Assembly: GCA_041736465.1 (NCBI GenBank)
Contig: JBGSTO010000317.1
Location: forward strand, 2,547 to 66,546
Direction: 5' to 3'
From: Anaerolineales bacterium
GTDB taxonomy: Bacteria > Chloroflexota > Anaerolineae > Anaerolineales > UBA4823
Length of the DNA: 64,000 nt
Shown one piece after another: positions 9,370 to 17,402 of the stretch. Numbering within the stretch: position 1 is the stretch's first letter; every line of letters starts with the position of its first letter. Below the pieces are notes generated by a model. That model ran no database searches. It worked only from the letters and a program-made list of their open reading frames with translations, and was not told the DNA's origin. A program made the position numbers and the translations under genes.

Positions 9370-10857
9370 TTAATGGAGCCCCGATGCGAGGTCGAGAATA
9401 TAATGCTGATTGAAATTCTCTTTTTGGACTTCCCCAGCCAATTCACCTTCGCACAAGACAATGATCCGGTCCGACATGCCCAATAATTCTTCCATATCAG
9501 AAGATATCATCAAAATCGCAATTCCATTCTCAGCCAGTTCAGTCATCAGTTGATAAATTTCCTGTTTGGCGCCAACATCAATCCCACGGGTGGGTTCATC
9601 AAAGATCAGAATGTCAGACTCAGCCGCTAAAGATTTGGCAAGCACCACTTTTTGTTGATTACCACCGCTCAGATTGATCACCTGCTGCGATAAGCTGGGA
9701 GTTTTAATATTGATACGGTCTTTGTATTTCTGCGCGATCTCAGCTTCTTTTTTCGTATTGACCACTCCATACTTTGAGAGGCGGCGAATGATTGGGAAAC
9801 TGATATTCCATTTGACCGACATCTCAAGGAACAGCCCCTGGCCCTTGCGGTCTTCTGTCAACAATCCAATTTTGTGCTCGATTGCATCCAATGGAGAGTG
9901 AATCTTGATAGGCTTTCCGTTGATCAAGATCTCACCACTTTCCATTGAAGCGGCACCAAAGAGAAGTTGAGCCAATTCTGTACGACCAGCGCCAACCAAC
10001 CCAGAGATTCCTAATATTTCACCCTTGCGTACTGAAAATGAGATATTGCGATCACCATTCCCGGTGAGGTTCTTTACTTCCAAAGCGACATCACCGATTA
10101 ACTTTTTCCGTTGAGGATAACTTTCTTTTAACTCACGTCCAACCATCAACTTGATCAATTCCTGCCGGTTGGTCTCTTTCGTGTTTTTGGTGGTGACATA
10201 GCGCCCATCTCGCATGATCGAGACACGGTCAGAGATGCGGAAGACCTCTTCTAAACGATGTGAAATATAAATGATCGTCACACCTTTTTGTTTTAACTGG
10301 TTAATGATTTCGAACATCAACTCTACTTCTGAAACACTTAAAGGAGCAGAGGGTTCATCCATGACCAATATTTTCACATTCTTCGAGACTGCTTTAGCAA
10401 TTTCAACGATCTGCTGCTCAGCAATGGATAGATCCTGCACCATGATACGCGGATCAATTTTGACCCCAAACTGGTCCAGCACCTTGACAGCTTTTTTCTC
10501 TATCGCTTTGGCGCTAAACAATGCCGAGTTTTCATTTCGCTCACATAAGAAAATATTTTCAGCAACTGACAAGGTGGGAACCAGATTAAATTCCTGATAA
10601 ATCACTTCAACACCAAGGCTCCTGGAAAGCGCAGGAGTCATCCTGGAATATTCATGTCCATTAATGTTAATTTTCCCGGCATCAATATCGATGGCTCCAG
10701 CCACTGCTTTGATCAACGTCGATTTACCGGCACCGTTCTCGCCCAACAAGGCGTGTACCTCACCCTCGTAGAAACTGATCGAGACATTGTTCAAAGCCAG
10801 AACACCAGGATATCTTTTGGTGATGTTTTCCAGGGATAATACTACCTTGGCAGCCAT
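9370..10857 (-). CDS. sugar ABC transporter ATP-binding protein (duplicated ABC domains)
   Basis: 495 aa. Walker A GENGAGKST, a second-half signature LSGGNQQK, and the RbsA/MglA-like tandem architecture. Confidence 0.93.
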   Translation of the reverse strand: MAAKVVLSLENITKRYPGVLALNNVSISFYEGEVHALLGENGAGKSTLIKAVAGAIDIDAGKININGHEYSRMTPALSRSLGVEVIYQEFNLVPTLSVAENIFLCERNENSALFSAKAIEKKAVKVLDQFGVKIDPRIMVQDLSIAEQQIVEIAKAVSKNVKILVMDEPSAPLSVSEVELMFEIINQLKQKGVTIIYISHRLEEVFRISDRVSIMRDGRYVTTKNTKETNRQELIKLMVGRELKESYPQRKKLIGDVALEVKNLTGNGDRNISFSVRKGEILGISGLVGAGRTELAQLLFGAASMESGEILINGKPIKIHSPLDAIEHKIGLLTEDRKGQGLFLEMSVKWNISFPIIRRLSKYGVVNTKKEAEIAQKYKDRINIKTPSLSQQVINLSGGNQQKVVLAKSLAAESDILIFDEPTRGIDVGAKQEIYQLMTELAENGIAILMISSDMEELLGMSDRIIVLCEGELAGEVQKENFNQHYILDLASGLH

Positions 10858-10929
10858 TCCTTTTCACCTCTATTGATTGATGAAGGGGCCCCCTAACCCT
10901 CCATCTTATTGTTTCCAAAACGATTCTTA

Positions 10930-12018
10930 TTATGGTGCGATTGTGGTGAAATCGCAGGTGATCGGTTCCAAAACATCATTGATGATGTTGGGATGTTCCA
11001 CGCCCTGCAGCATCTTCTTGATCTGGTCGTAGGTTGCCTGATCAAGCGAGGTCCCGCCGATGGCCACAAAACCCTTGTAGGGATCCTGACAGCCGGTGAC
11101 AGTTGGGATCATGGAAGGATCCATATCGCCAGCAAAGACACCATATTTTGTAGTGTCAACACCCGGCAGTGCCTTGATGGCATTGGCAATACCCTGGGCA
11201 TGGGCCGATGATTGACCAAGGAACACCTTGACATTGGGATTTGCGGTCAAGACGTTCTCGGCAGCAGCCTGGCCAGCGGGAATGCTATCCGTTGAAATAT
11301 CGAGATGTGCGACAAGTTTTACCTTGGGGCAGATATCCGTGATCGTGGCATAGCCCTCATCGCGCAAATGCATGCCAACGGAGGAACTCGCACCACCAAC
11401 AATAGCGGTTTCAACGCTGCCATCGGCAGCATCCGGATAAACGGCATTGATAAAATCGCAAGCCATCTTGGCAACTTTTTCACCGTCTTCTTTTTGGCTG
11501 GTATGCATGATTGCATCAAAGGGTGCCAGTTTTTGAGGGGGAACACCCATCACCATGATGCCAGCTTTTTTGGCTTCTTCAATAGCGGGAACCAACTGAT
11601 CGATCTCGCCGGCTGCCATAACATACATGAAATCAACTTTCATAGAGATGCAGTTCTCGATCTGATCGAATTGCTGGTTCAAACCACCTTCGTCGGCACC
11701 GTAGACATTCACAGTCACCCCATCAGCCTTGAATTTTTCTGTAACGGAAGCAGATACACCGTTCAAGAAAGGATTCGCAAGTGAGGGGATGATATAACAG
11801 ACCGTTTTGCCCTTGATATCAAAAGGCGCTCCGGGTTTTGCAGGCACCATAGAAACAGTGGTGTCCTCAGCTGTGGCCGCTTCGGTTGCCGTTGAAGCGG
11901 CCGGCGCCTCGGTGGCGAGCTGCGTGGTGGCTTCAGTGGCAGGCTGGCTGCCGCAGGCTGTGAGCAGGATGCCAACAATCACCAGGATTGCCAGCAAGAA
12001 GGAAAGGGATTTTTTCAT
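10930..12018 (-). CDS. sugar ABC substrate-binding lipoprotein
   Basis: I chose the ATG at 12018 (MKKSLSFLLAILVIVGILLTAC lipobox, SD ggagaa) rather than the track start at 12084. A Thr/Ala/Glu-rich linker precedes a periplasmic-binding-protein fold. Confidence 0.85.
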   Translation of the reverse strand: MKKSLSFLLAILVIVGILLTACGSQPATEATTQLATEAPAASTATEAATAEDTTVSMVPAKPGAPFDIKGKTVCYIIPSLANPFLNGVSASVTEKFKADGVTVNVYGADEGGLNQQFDQIENCISMKVDFMYVMAAGEIDQLVPAIEEAKKAGIMVMGVPPQKLAPFDAIMHTSQKEDGEKVAKMACDFINAVYPDAADGSVETAIVGGASSSVGMHLRDEGYATITDICPKVKLVAHLDISTDSIPAGQAAAENVLTANPNVKVFLGQSSAHAQGIANAIKALPGVDTTKYGVFAGDMDPSMIPTVTGCQDPYKGFVAIGGTSLDQATYDQIKKMLQGVEHPNIINDVLEPITCDFTTIAP

Positions 12019-12137
12019 CGGGTCATTCTCCTTGTTTAAGTTTTCTAACCATTGGGTTGATATGCTTTCAGCATACCTTCCCATTGCCTAACAAGCAATT
12101 CCATTTTTATTGCTTTCTATTCCATAAAGGAATAGTT

Positions 12138-13172
12138 TTACTTCAAATACTTGTCCAGGAAAGCGATCACCGACGCCAGGTTTTCGGCGGTCGCAAACTG
12201 GCTGCCGCCATGCCCGGCGCCTTCCAGTGAAATATAAGTAACATTGTCAGCGCCGATCACTGCGCTGAGGGCATCGGCCAGGTTCTTGTTTTGGATGGGA
12301 GGGATGTTGCAATCTGCAGTGCCGTTTTCAATAAAGAATGGCGCGTCATCAGCAGTGATATAGTTCATCGGGTTTGTGGTTTGGACAAGCTCCGGCACAG
12401 TTTGGATCGCTGCACCGACAAGCATAGATTCGGGAGAGTTGGCTGCATCATGGGTTTGCGGACAGCTTGTGCCGGCAAACTGCTCATCCATTTTCAGGAA
12501 ATCAATTGGGCCAAACCAATCAATGACCGCCTGAACACAGCTCGATTGCTCAGCGTTGCCAAGCTCTGCGCCTTCAAGCTCGGCCACGCCGCAGGTGGTT
12601 CCAAGCAGCGAAACCAGGCTGCCACCTGCCGAAGCACCCCAGGCGCCAAACTTATCCGGATTCAAGTTGTATTGGGCTGCATTGGCGCGCAAGAAACGCA
12701 CAGCGGCTTTGGTGTCAAAAATCTGAGCCGGGTAAATGGCTTCGCTGCTCAAGCGGTAGTTAATGCTTGCCACGGCATACCCAGCCGCCAGGAGTTGATC
12801 CACACCCGTCAGGCCAGCCCCATCCGCCTTATCTCCCATCATAAAACCACCGCCATGCACCATGATGACCACAGGGAATGGCCCTGCACCGCTGCTGGGA
12901 ATATACAAGTCAAGCTTTTGAGCCAATGATAAGGAAGCATAAGCCAGGTCTGCGTGCGTGGGCGCAACCGAGGCAAACGTGATCAAGCCGCCTGGTCCAC
13001 CGCGCTGTGGCAGAACGCTTACTTGTTGGACGGTAGCCGTAGGAGCGACGGATTCGATGGAGGCCGTAGGGTCAGCGGTTTGGGCAGCCTGAGTAGCCGC
13101 GCTGCCACAGGCAGTCAGCAGCACTGCTGCCATCATAAAGATTACCAGGATGAAGGACAAAGGCTTTTTCAT
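12138..13172 (-). CDS. secreted alpha/beta-hydrolase esterase lipoprotein (paralogue of 7432-8334)
   Basis: 344 aa. Lipoprotein signal MKKPLSFILVIFMMAAVLLTAC. Motifs VHGGGFMMGDK and GASAGG. Collinear similarity to the 300-aa esterase. Confidence 0.85.
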   Translation of the reverse strand: MKKPLSFILVIFMMAAVLLTACGSAATQAAQTADPTASIESVAPTATVQQVSVLPQRGGPGGLITFASVAPTHADLAYASLSLAQKLDLYIPSSGAGPFPVVIMVHGGGFMMGDKADGAGLTGVDQLLAAGYAVASINYRLSSEAIYPAQIFDTKAAVRFLRANAAQYNLNPDKFGAWGASAGGSLVSLLGTTCGVAELEGAELGNAEQSSCVQAVIDWFGPIDFLKMDEQFAGTSCPQTHDAANSPESMLVGAAIQTVPELVQTTNPMNYITADDAPFFIENGTADCNIPPIQNKNLADALSAVIGADNVTYISLEGAGHGGSQFATAENLASVIAFLDKYLK

Positions 13173-13188
13173 AATAATTTCCTTATTT

Positions 13189-13278
13189 GATCTGTCATCC
13201 TGAACGAAGTGAAGGATCTGGATCCTTCGCTCCGCTCAGGATGACATCCTTGTGCGTGGCCCACTACGTGCGACCAGC
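13189..13278 (-). repeat. intergenic hairpin repeat, full copy, in the 5' leader of the esterase operon
   Basis: 25-nt arms at 13194-13218 and 13221-13245 pair at 22 of 25 positions. A tail gcgtggcccac..gtgcg.ccagc follows. A second, arm-deleted copy lies at 30234-30298. Confidence 0.7.
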
Positions 13279-13335
13279 TTTTTGAAAACGGGTTTTGAAG
13301 ATTGTCGAACGTTGATGATGATATCTCTCAGGTGG

Positions 13336-13381
13336 TTTCAAAGCAATTCAAAGTCTGATACAATCTATTCCAGAATGGAAT
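13336..13381 (+). promoter_or_regulatory. lysR promoter plus LysR-type T-N11-A palindrome
   Basis: TTTCAA (13336-13341), 17-nt spacer, TACAAT (13359-13364). A perfect inverted repeat ATTCCA-GAA-TGGAAT at 13367-13381 contains T-N11-A. Confidence 0.45.
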
Positions 13382-13393
13382 GGGAGCTCGATT

Positions 13394-14299
13394 ATGGAGA
13401 TGAAGCAGTTAGAATACCTTCTCAAACTAGTTGAAACCGGCAATTACCTGGCTGCGGCCGAGGCGTTATTCATTTCGCAGTCGTCCCTATCCAAACAAAT
13501 CCTGGCGCTTGAAAAGGAATTAGGGTTCCAGCTTTTTGACCGCAGCAAACGCAAAATTGCGATCACGCCCGCTGGCTTAGTGTTCTTACGCCATGCCCAA
13601 GAGATAAACCAGGCTTATCAAGCCATGCTGGTTGAAACTAAGCCATACAAAACCACCCCTGCGTTGACGATCATGGCCATTCCGGTCATTGCCCAGTATG
13701 GCATTGCGGCTTACATTGCGCAATTCCAAAGAGAATACCCCGATATTCAACTCACCTTGAGAGAGCGTGAAGCATCCGCGATTCTGCCGGCGCTGAATGA
13801 CCACCAGTGTGACCTGGCTTTTGTGCGCGATAACTATCTTGATAGAGACCGTTATACTGTTCTAGAAGTTGCTTGCGACAAGATGCTGGTGGCCCTCTCG
13901 GACAAACACCGCTTTGCTGCGCGAAAATCACTGGCATTGGTCGAACTATCTGACGAAAACTTTATCATGTTTGATAAGGGTACGGTTGTCCACGAACTGG
14001 CCGTGGATGCCTGCCGAAACGCAGGTTTTGAGCCGCGCATTTTCTATGCCAGCCTGCGCGTGGAAAGCGTTCTGGGGATGGTGGCATCCAACAGCGGCGT
14101 TGCGCTAATGATGCAAAAGGTTTTTGAATACCACCAAAGCCCGGCTGTGATTGCCATCCCCCTGGTTGAGATGATCGAAAGCCGCCTTGTTCTTGCTGTA
14201 CTTAAAGATAAGCCGGTTGCCAGGGTTTCAAAGCTCTTCATCAGTTTCATGAAAGAGGCGTTGGATGTAAAAAAGACATCTCGGGGGTATGAGCCATGA
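13394..14299 (+). CDS. LysR-family transcriptional regulator
   Basis: 301 aa. N-terminal HTH MKQLEYLLKLVETGNYLAAAEALFISQSSLSKQILALEKELG plus a LysR substrate-binding domain. It is divergent from the esterase/ABC operon. Confidence 0.93.
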   Translation: MEMKQLEYLLKLVETGNYLAAAEALFISQSSLSKQILALEKELGFQLFDRSKRKIAITPAGLVFLRHAQEINQAYQAMLVETKPYKTTPALTIMAIPVIAQYGIAAYIAQFQREYPDIQLTLREREASAILPALNDHQCDLAFVRDNYLDRDRYTVLEVACDKMLVALSDKHRFAARKSLALVELSDENFIMFDKGTVVHELAVDACRNAGFEPRIFYASLRVESVLGMVASNSGVALMMQKVFEYHQSPAVIAIPLVEMIESRLVLAVLKDKPVARVSKLFISFMKEALDVKKTSRGYEP

Positions 14300-14374
14300 G
14301 AGTTTAGGTGGCCCATAAGAAGACAATCTGGCTCCTCGCGGTGATCGTCCAGACCGTGTTATCTGGCGGAGTGA

Positions 14375-14411
14375 AAAGAAAACAGCCCTATCTCAGGGCT
14401 GTCTTCTTTTT
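14375..14411. terminator. bidirectional intrinsic terminator (lysR / tRNA-Glu)
   Basis: Stem acagccct (14382-14389) / agggctgt (14395-14402), with an A-rich run before it and cttcttttt after it. Confidence 0.75.
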
Positions 14412-14465
14412 GTAGACACGCATGGTGGCTGTGAAGCTGGCTTGGAATGTATGTCTACCGCCAGG

Positions 14466-14538
14466 TGCCCCCACAGGGATTCGAACCCTGGTTTTAGCCT
14501 TGAAAGGGCTGCGTCCTGGTCCCCTAGACGATGGGGGC
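14466..14538 (-). tRNA. tRNA-Glu (anticodon UUC)
   Basis: The 73-nt reverse complement GCCCCCATCGTCTAGGGGACCAGGACGCAGCCCTTTCAAGGCTAAAACCAGGGTTCGAATCCCTGTGGGGGCA folds as a cloverleaf. It has a 7-bp acceptor stem, T-loop TTCGAAT and anticodon loop CTTTCAA. CCA is not encoded. Confidence 0.9.
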
Positions 14539-14555
14539 ATTTCCCACGCCCCGGA

Positions 14556-14584
14556 ATTCTACCACTCCCACCCCGGCGGGTCAA
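14556..14584 (-). promoter_or_regulatory. sigma-70-type promoter for tRNA-Glu
   Basis: On the minus strand: TTGACC (14579-14584), 17-nt spacer, TAGAAT (14556-14561). The -10 hexamer ends about 17 nt upstream of the tRNA 5' end. Confidence 0.6.
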
Positions 14585-14613
14585 GTAACTCAAAATACGA
14601 TTTTAAATCGGAC

Positions 14614-14642
14614 TTCTCATTTAGGATTCCGCATGGTATAAT
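14614..14642 (+). promoter_or_regulatory. rplS promoter (extended -10)
   Basis: TTCTCA (14614-14619), 17-nt spacer, TGgTATAAT (14634-14642). Confidence 0.5.
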
Positions 14643-14736
14643 TTTTCTCCGCGCCGCCAATGGCGGCTTTATCTTGTCTGTACTTATCCACGCATTCATC
14701 TGCGTTTTGGATTGAACTCAGGAAGGACCGGTTAAG

Positions 14737-15087
14737 ATGAGCGATTTACTCAAGGCCGTTGAGGCCCCAGAAAACGAAAACGTACCCGAGCTGCACCCCG
14801 GCGACCAGGTGCGTGTGTTCCTGCGCATCAAGGAAGGCAACACCGAACGCACCCAGGAGTTCCGCGGCACAGTGATCCGCGTGCGCAACAGCGGCAACAA
14901 TGCCAACTTTACAGTGCGCCGCGTCGCCAGCAATGGCGTTGGCGTCGAGCGTACTTTCCTGGCGCGCTCGCCGCGTTTGGAAAAGGTGATGATTGAACGC
15001 CACTCGCATGTACGCCGCGCCCAATTGTACTTCCTGCGTGAACGTACCGGCAAGCGCTCCCGCCTCAAGCAGAAGTTTACCTCCTGA
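14737..15087 (+). CDS. rplS: 50S ribosomal protein L19
   Basis: 116 aa. PELHPGDQVRVFLRIKEGNTERTQEFRGTVIRVRN...RRAQLYFLR is canonical L19. Confidence 0.97.
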   Translation: MSDLLKAVEAPENENVPELHPGDQVRVFLRIKEGNTERTQEFRGTVIRVRNSGNNANFTVRRVASNGVGVERTFLARSPRLEKVMIERHSHVRRAQLYFLRERTGKRSRLKQKFTS

Positions 15088-15119
15088 GTCTGCTTGGGAG
15101 CCCTCTTCCCTGCCTATCC

Positions 15120-15159
15120 AGAGGCGCAGCCGCCCGTTAAGCTGCGCCTCTTTGTTGTT
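15120..15159 (+). terminator. intrinsic terminator after rplS
   Basis: 11-bp stem agaggcgcagc (15120-15130) / gctgcgcctct (15141-15151), followed by ttgttgtt. Confidence 0.8.
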
Positions 15160-15185
15160 CAAAATCCTCTCTGGAGATATTTGAA

Positions 15186-15941
15186 ATGCCCCCCTTGATT
15201 GGTTTGACAACTTCCCGTTCGGTCAGCGCTTACGGCCTGCCCATGCTGGGCGTGGTTGAAGCTTACGTCAAATCCTTGAGCGCCGCCGGCGCCGTTCCCC
15301 TGCTGATCCCATTGGGATTGCCTGAATCTCACCTGGATGCCATGGCTGCCCGCCTGGATGGTATTCTATTCACCGGCGGCGGCGACGTGCACCCGGAGCG
15401 CTACCGCGCCAAAGGGCACCCCAAAGTCAACTCCATCGACGAAGACCGCGACCGCATAGAGATTCACCTGGTGCAGCAGGTGGTGCAGCGCGGCACGCCA
15501 TTCTTAGGCATTTGCCGCGGTTTACAGGTGATCAACGTGGCCCTGGGCGGCACGCTGTACGAAGATATCCAGGATCAGAATCCCACTGCCATGAAGCATA
15601 ACTACACCAACCAGGAAGGCCGCGATTTCCTGGCGCACCGGGTGGAACTCAACCCGCACAGCCGCCTGTCCGCCATCCTGGGCCTGATCGAATCGCCGGT
15701 CAACAGCCTGCACCACCAGGCTGTGCGCCGCCTGGCAGACAGTTTGCTGCCCTCGGCTTTCGCGCCGGATGGCATCCTGGAGGGCTTCGAGCTTCCCTCC
15801 CACCCATTCGGATTGGCAGTGCAGTGGCACCCAGAGTGGCTGCAGGGTCACCTGGCGATGCGTTCCCTGTTCCAGGCGTTCGTGCAAGCCAGCGGCACTG
15901 TAGAAAAAACCCAGGAAGAGCGCGCCTCGATCCAGCGCTGA
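15186..15941 (+). CDS. class-I glutamine amidotransferase-like gamma-glutamyl hydrolase (peptidase C26 / PuuD-like)
   Basis: 251 aa. Nucleophile motif GICRGLQVINV and NSLHHQAV. Confidence 0.85.
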   Translation: MPPLIGLTTSRSVSAYGLPMLGVVEAYVKSLSAAGAVPLLIPLGLPESHLDAMAARLDGILFTGGGDVHPERYRAKGHPKVNSIDEDRDRIEIHLVQQVVQRGTPFLGICRGLQVINVALGGTLYEDIQDQNPTAMKHNYTNQEGRDFLAHRVELNPHSRLSAILGLIESPVNSLHHQAVRRLADSLLPSAFAPDGILEGFELPSHPFGLAVQWHPEWLQGHLAMRSLFQAFVQASGTVEKTQEERASIQR

Positions 15942-15965
15942 GCCGGCATTCTCTTACCCAAAACC

Positions 15966-16811
15966 ATGTCCACCGCACCCCAAAGCCCGGCTGAAAACCT
16001 GATCGGCGTCTTCGACTCAGGCGTCGGCGGGCTGTCGGTGCTGCGCGCCCTGCGCGAGCTGCTCCCCGGGCACCCCATGATCTACGTTGCCGACCAGGCT
16101 CACGTACCTTACGGGCCGCGCTCGCTGCGGGAGGTGCGCCGCTTTTCAGAGCAGATCACCCGCTTCTTGCTGGCGCAGGATGCGCAGTTGATCGTTGTGG
16201 CTTGCAACACGGCTTCCGCCGCAGCGCTGCATGAGCTGCGCCGCGCATTCCCCCAGGTGCCCTTCGTGGGCATGGAACCGGCGGTCAAACCCGCTGCTGA
16301 AACCACGCGCAGTGGCGTGGTCGGCGTGCTGGCGACGCCCGCTACCTTCCAGGGAGCGCTGTACGCCTCGGTGGTCGAGCGCTTCGCCCAGGGTGTGCGC
16401 CTGCTGCAAGATACCTGCACGGGTCTGGTAGCGCAAATCGAAGCCGGAAACCTGGATGGGGGTGAAGCCCGCCGCATATTGGAAGAAGCGCTGCAGCCGA
16501 TGATCGCCTTGGGAGTGGACACCGTGGTGCTGGGGTGTACGCATTATCCCTTTGTCATCCCTTTGATCCAGGAGATCGTTGGCCCGCAGGTGCGAGTGAT
16601 CGACCCGGCTCCGGCGGTCGCCCGCCAAGCGCGGCGCGTGCTGCAGGAACGCGGCCTGTATAACCACGCGGTGAATCCTGCCCCGCTGCGCGTGATGACT
16701 ACCGGGAATAAAGCGGCACTGGAAGCCTTACTACCGCGCCTTTTGGGCGCTTCCGCCCCCGTTGAGGCACTGCGCTGGCAGCGAGGCAAGTTGGTTCTGT
16801 CCGAAGGTTAA
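15966..16811 (+). CDS. murI: glutamate racemase
   Basis: 281 aa. Motifs FDSGVGGLSV, ACNTASA and GCTHYP. Confidence 0.95.
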   Translation: MSTAPQSPAENLIGVFDSGVGGLSVLRALRELLPGHPMIYVADQAHVPYGPRSLREVRRFSEQITRFLLAQDAQLIVVACNTASAAALHELRRAFPQVPFVGMEPAVKPAAETTRSGVVGVLATPATFQGALYASVVERFAQGVRLLQDTCTGLVAQIEAGNLDGGEARRILEEALQPMIALGVDTVVLGCTHYPFVIPLIQEIVGPQVRVIDPAPAVARQARRVLQERGLYNHAVNPAPLRVMTTGNKAALEALLPRLLGASAPVEALRWQRGKLVLSEG

Positions 16812-17371
16812 AGGCTCTTCAAATTTTCAGGCGGCAGCGGCGGCCAATCACCGATCTGTTCGGCCTGCTCGGGCCAGTTGCGTTTCCCGCTCCAGCTATC
16901 AACCATGAAGGCATACACCGCAGTGCGTTTCAGCTCGCTATCCGTAATTGGGCGGTAATGCGCCCCGACTTTCAGATCAGGGAAATATTTTTCGATCAAA
17001 CCGTAAAGCGCCTTACGCTGCAAATCTTCTTGCTGGATTACCTGCACTTCACCAAAAGCAACCACGCTCTCATACTGTAAAGAAAATTCCAGCGCCGCAT
17101 TGGAAGGCAGCAAGCGCCCCCAGCGGCTGGCGCTGAAGCAGGCTTTTGGAAAGCGGTCGATATTCTGGCGTAAGCGTCCGGTGAGATTGGTGTGGAAGTA
17201 AATTTCATTGGCCCCAGCATCGTATACGAACAGCACCGGGGTCATGAAAGGCTGCATCTCCCATTGGGTGGCAACATAACCGATTTCTGCTTTGATTAGA
17301 AAGTCCCGGTTCCAGGCTTCAGCCTGAGCGCGTTCTTTGCGAAGCATCGCGTTGATCGGTTTCTTTCCCAT
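16808..17371 (-). CDS. pyridoxamine 5'-phosphate oxidase-family flavoprotein
   Basis: I chose the ATG at 17371 (SD ggtgaggt), downstream of the previous stop. The track start at 17470 overlaps the CYTH gene. It has a split-barrel PNPOx-like sequence. Confidence 0.75.
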   Translation of the reverse strand: MGKKPINAMLRKERAQAEAWNRDFLIKAEIGYVATQWEMQPFMTPVLFVYDAGANEIYFHTNLTGRLRQNIDRFPKACFSASRWGRLLPSNAALEFSLQYESVVAFGEVQVIQQEDLQRKALYGLIEKYFPDLKVGAHYRPITDSELKRTAVYAFMVDSWSGKRNWPEQAEQIGDWPPLPPENLKSL

Positions 17372-17402
17372 TTCTACCTCACCCTTTTCTCGTCTCGCCG
17401 TC

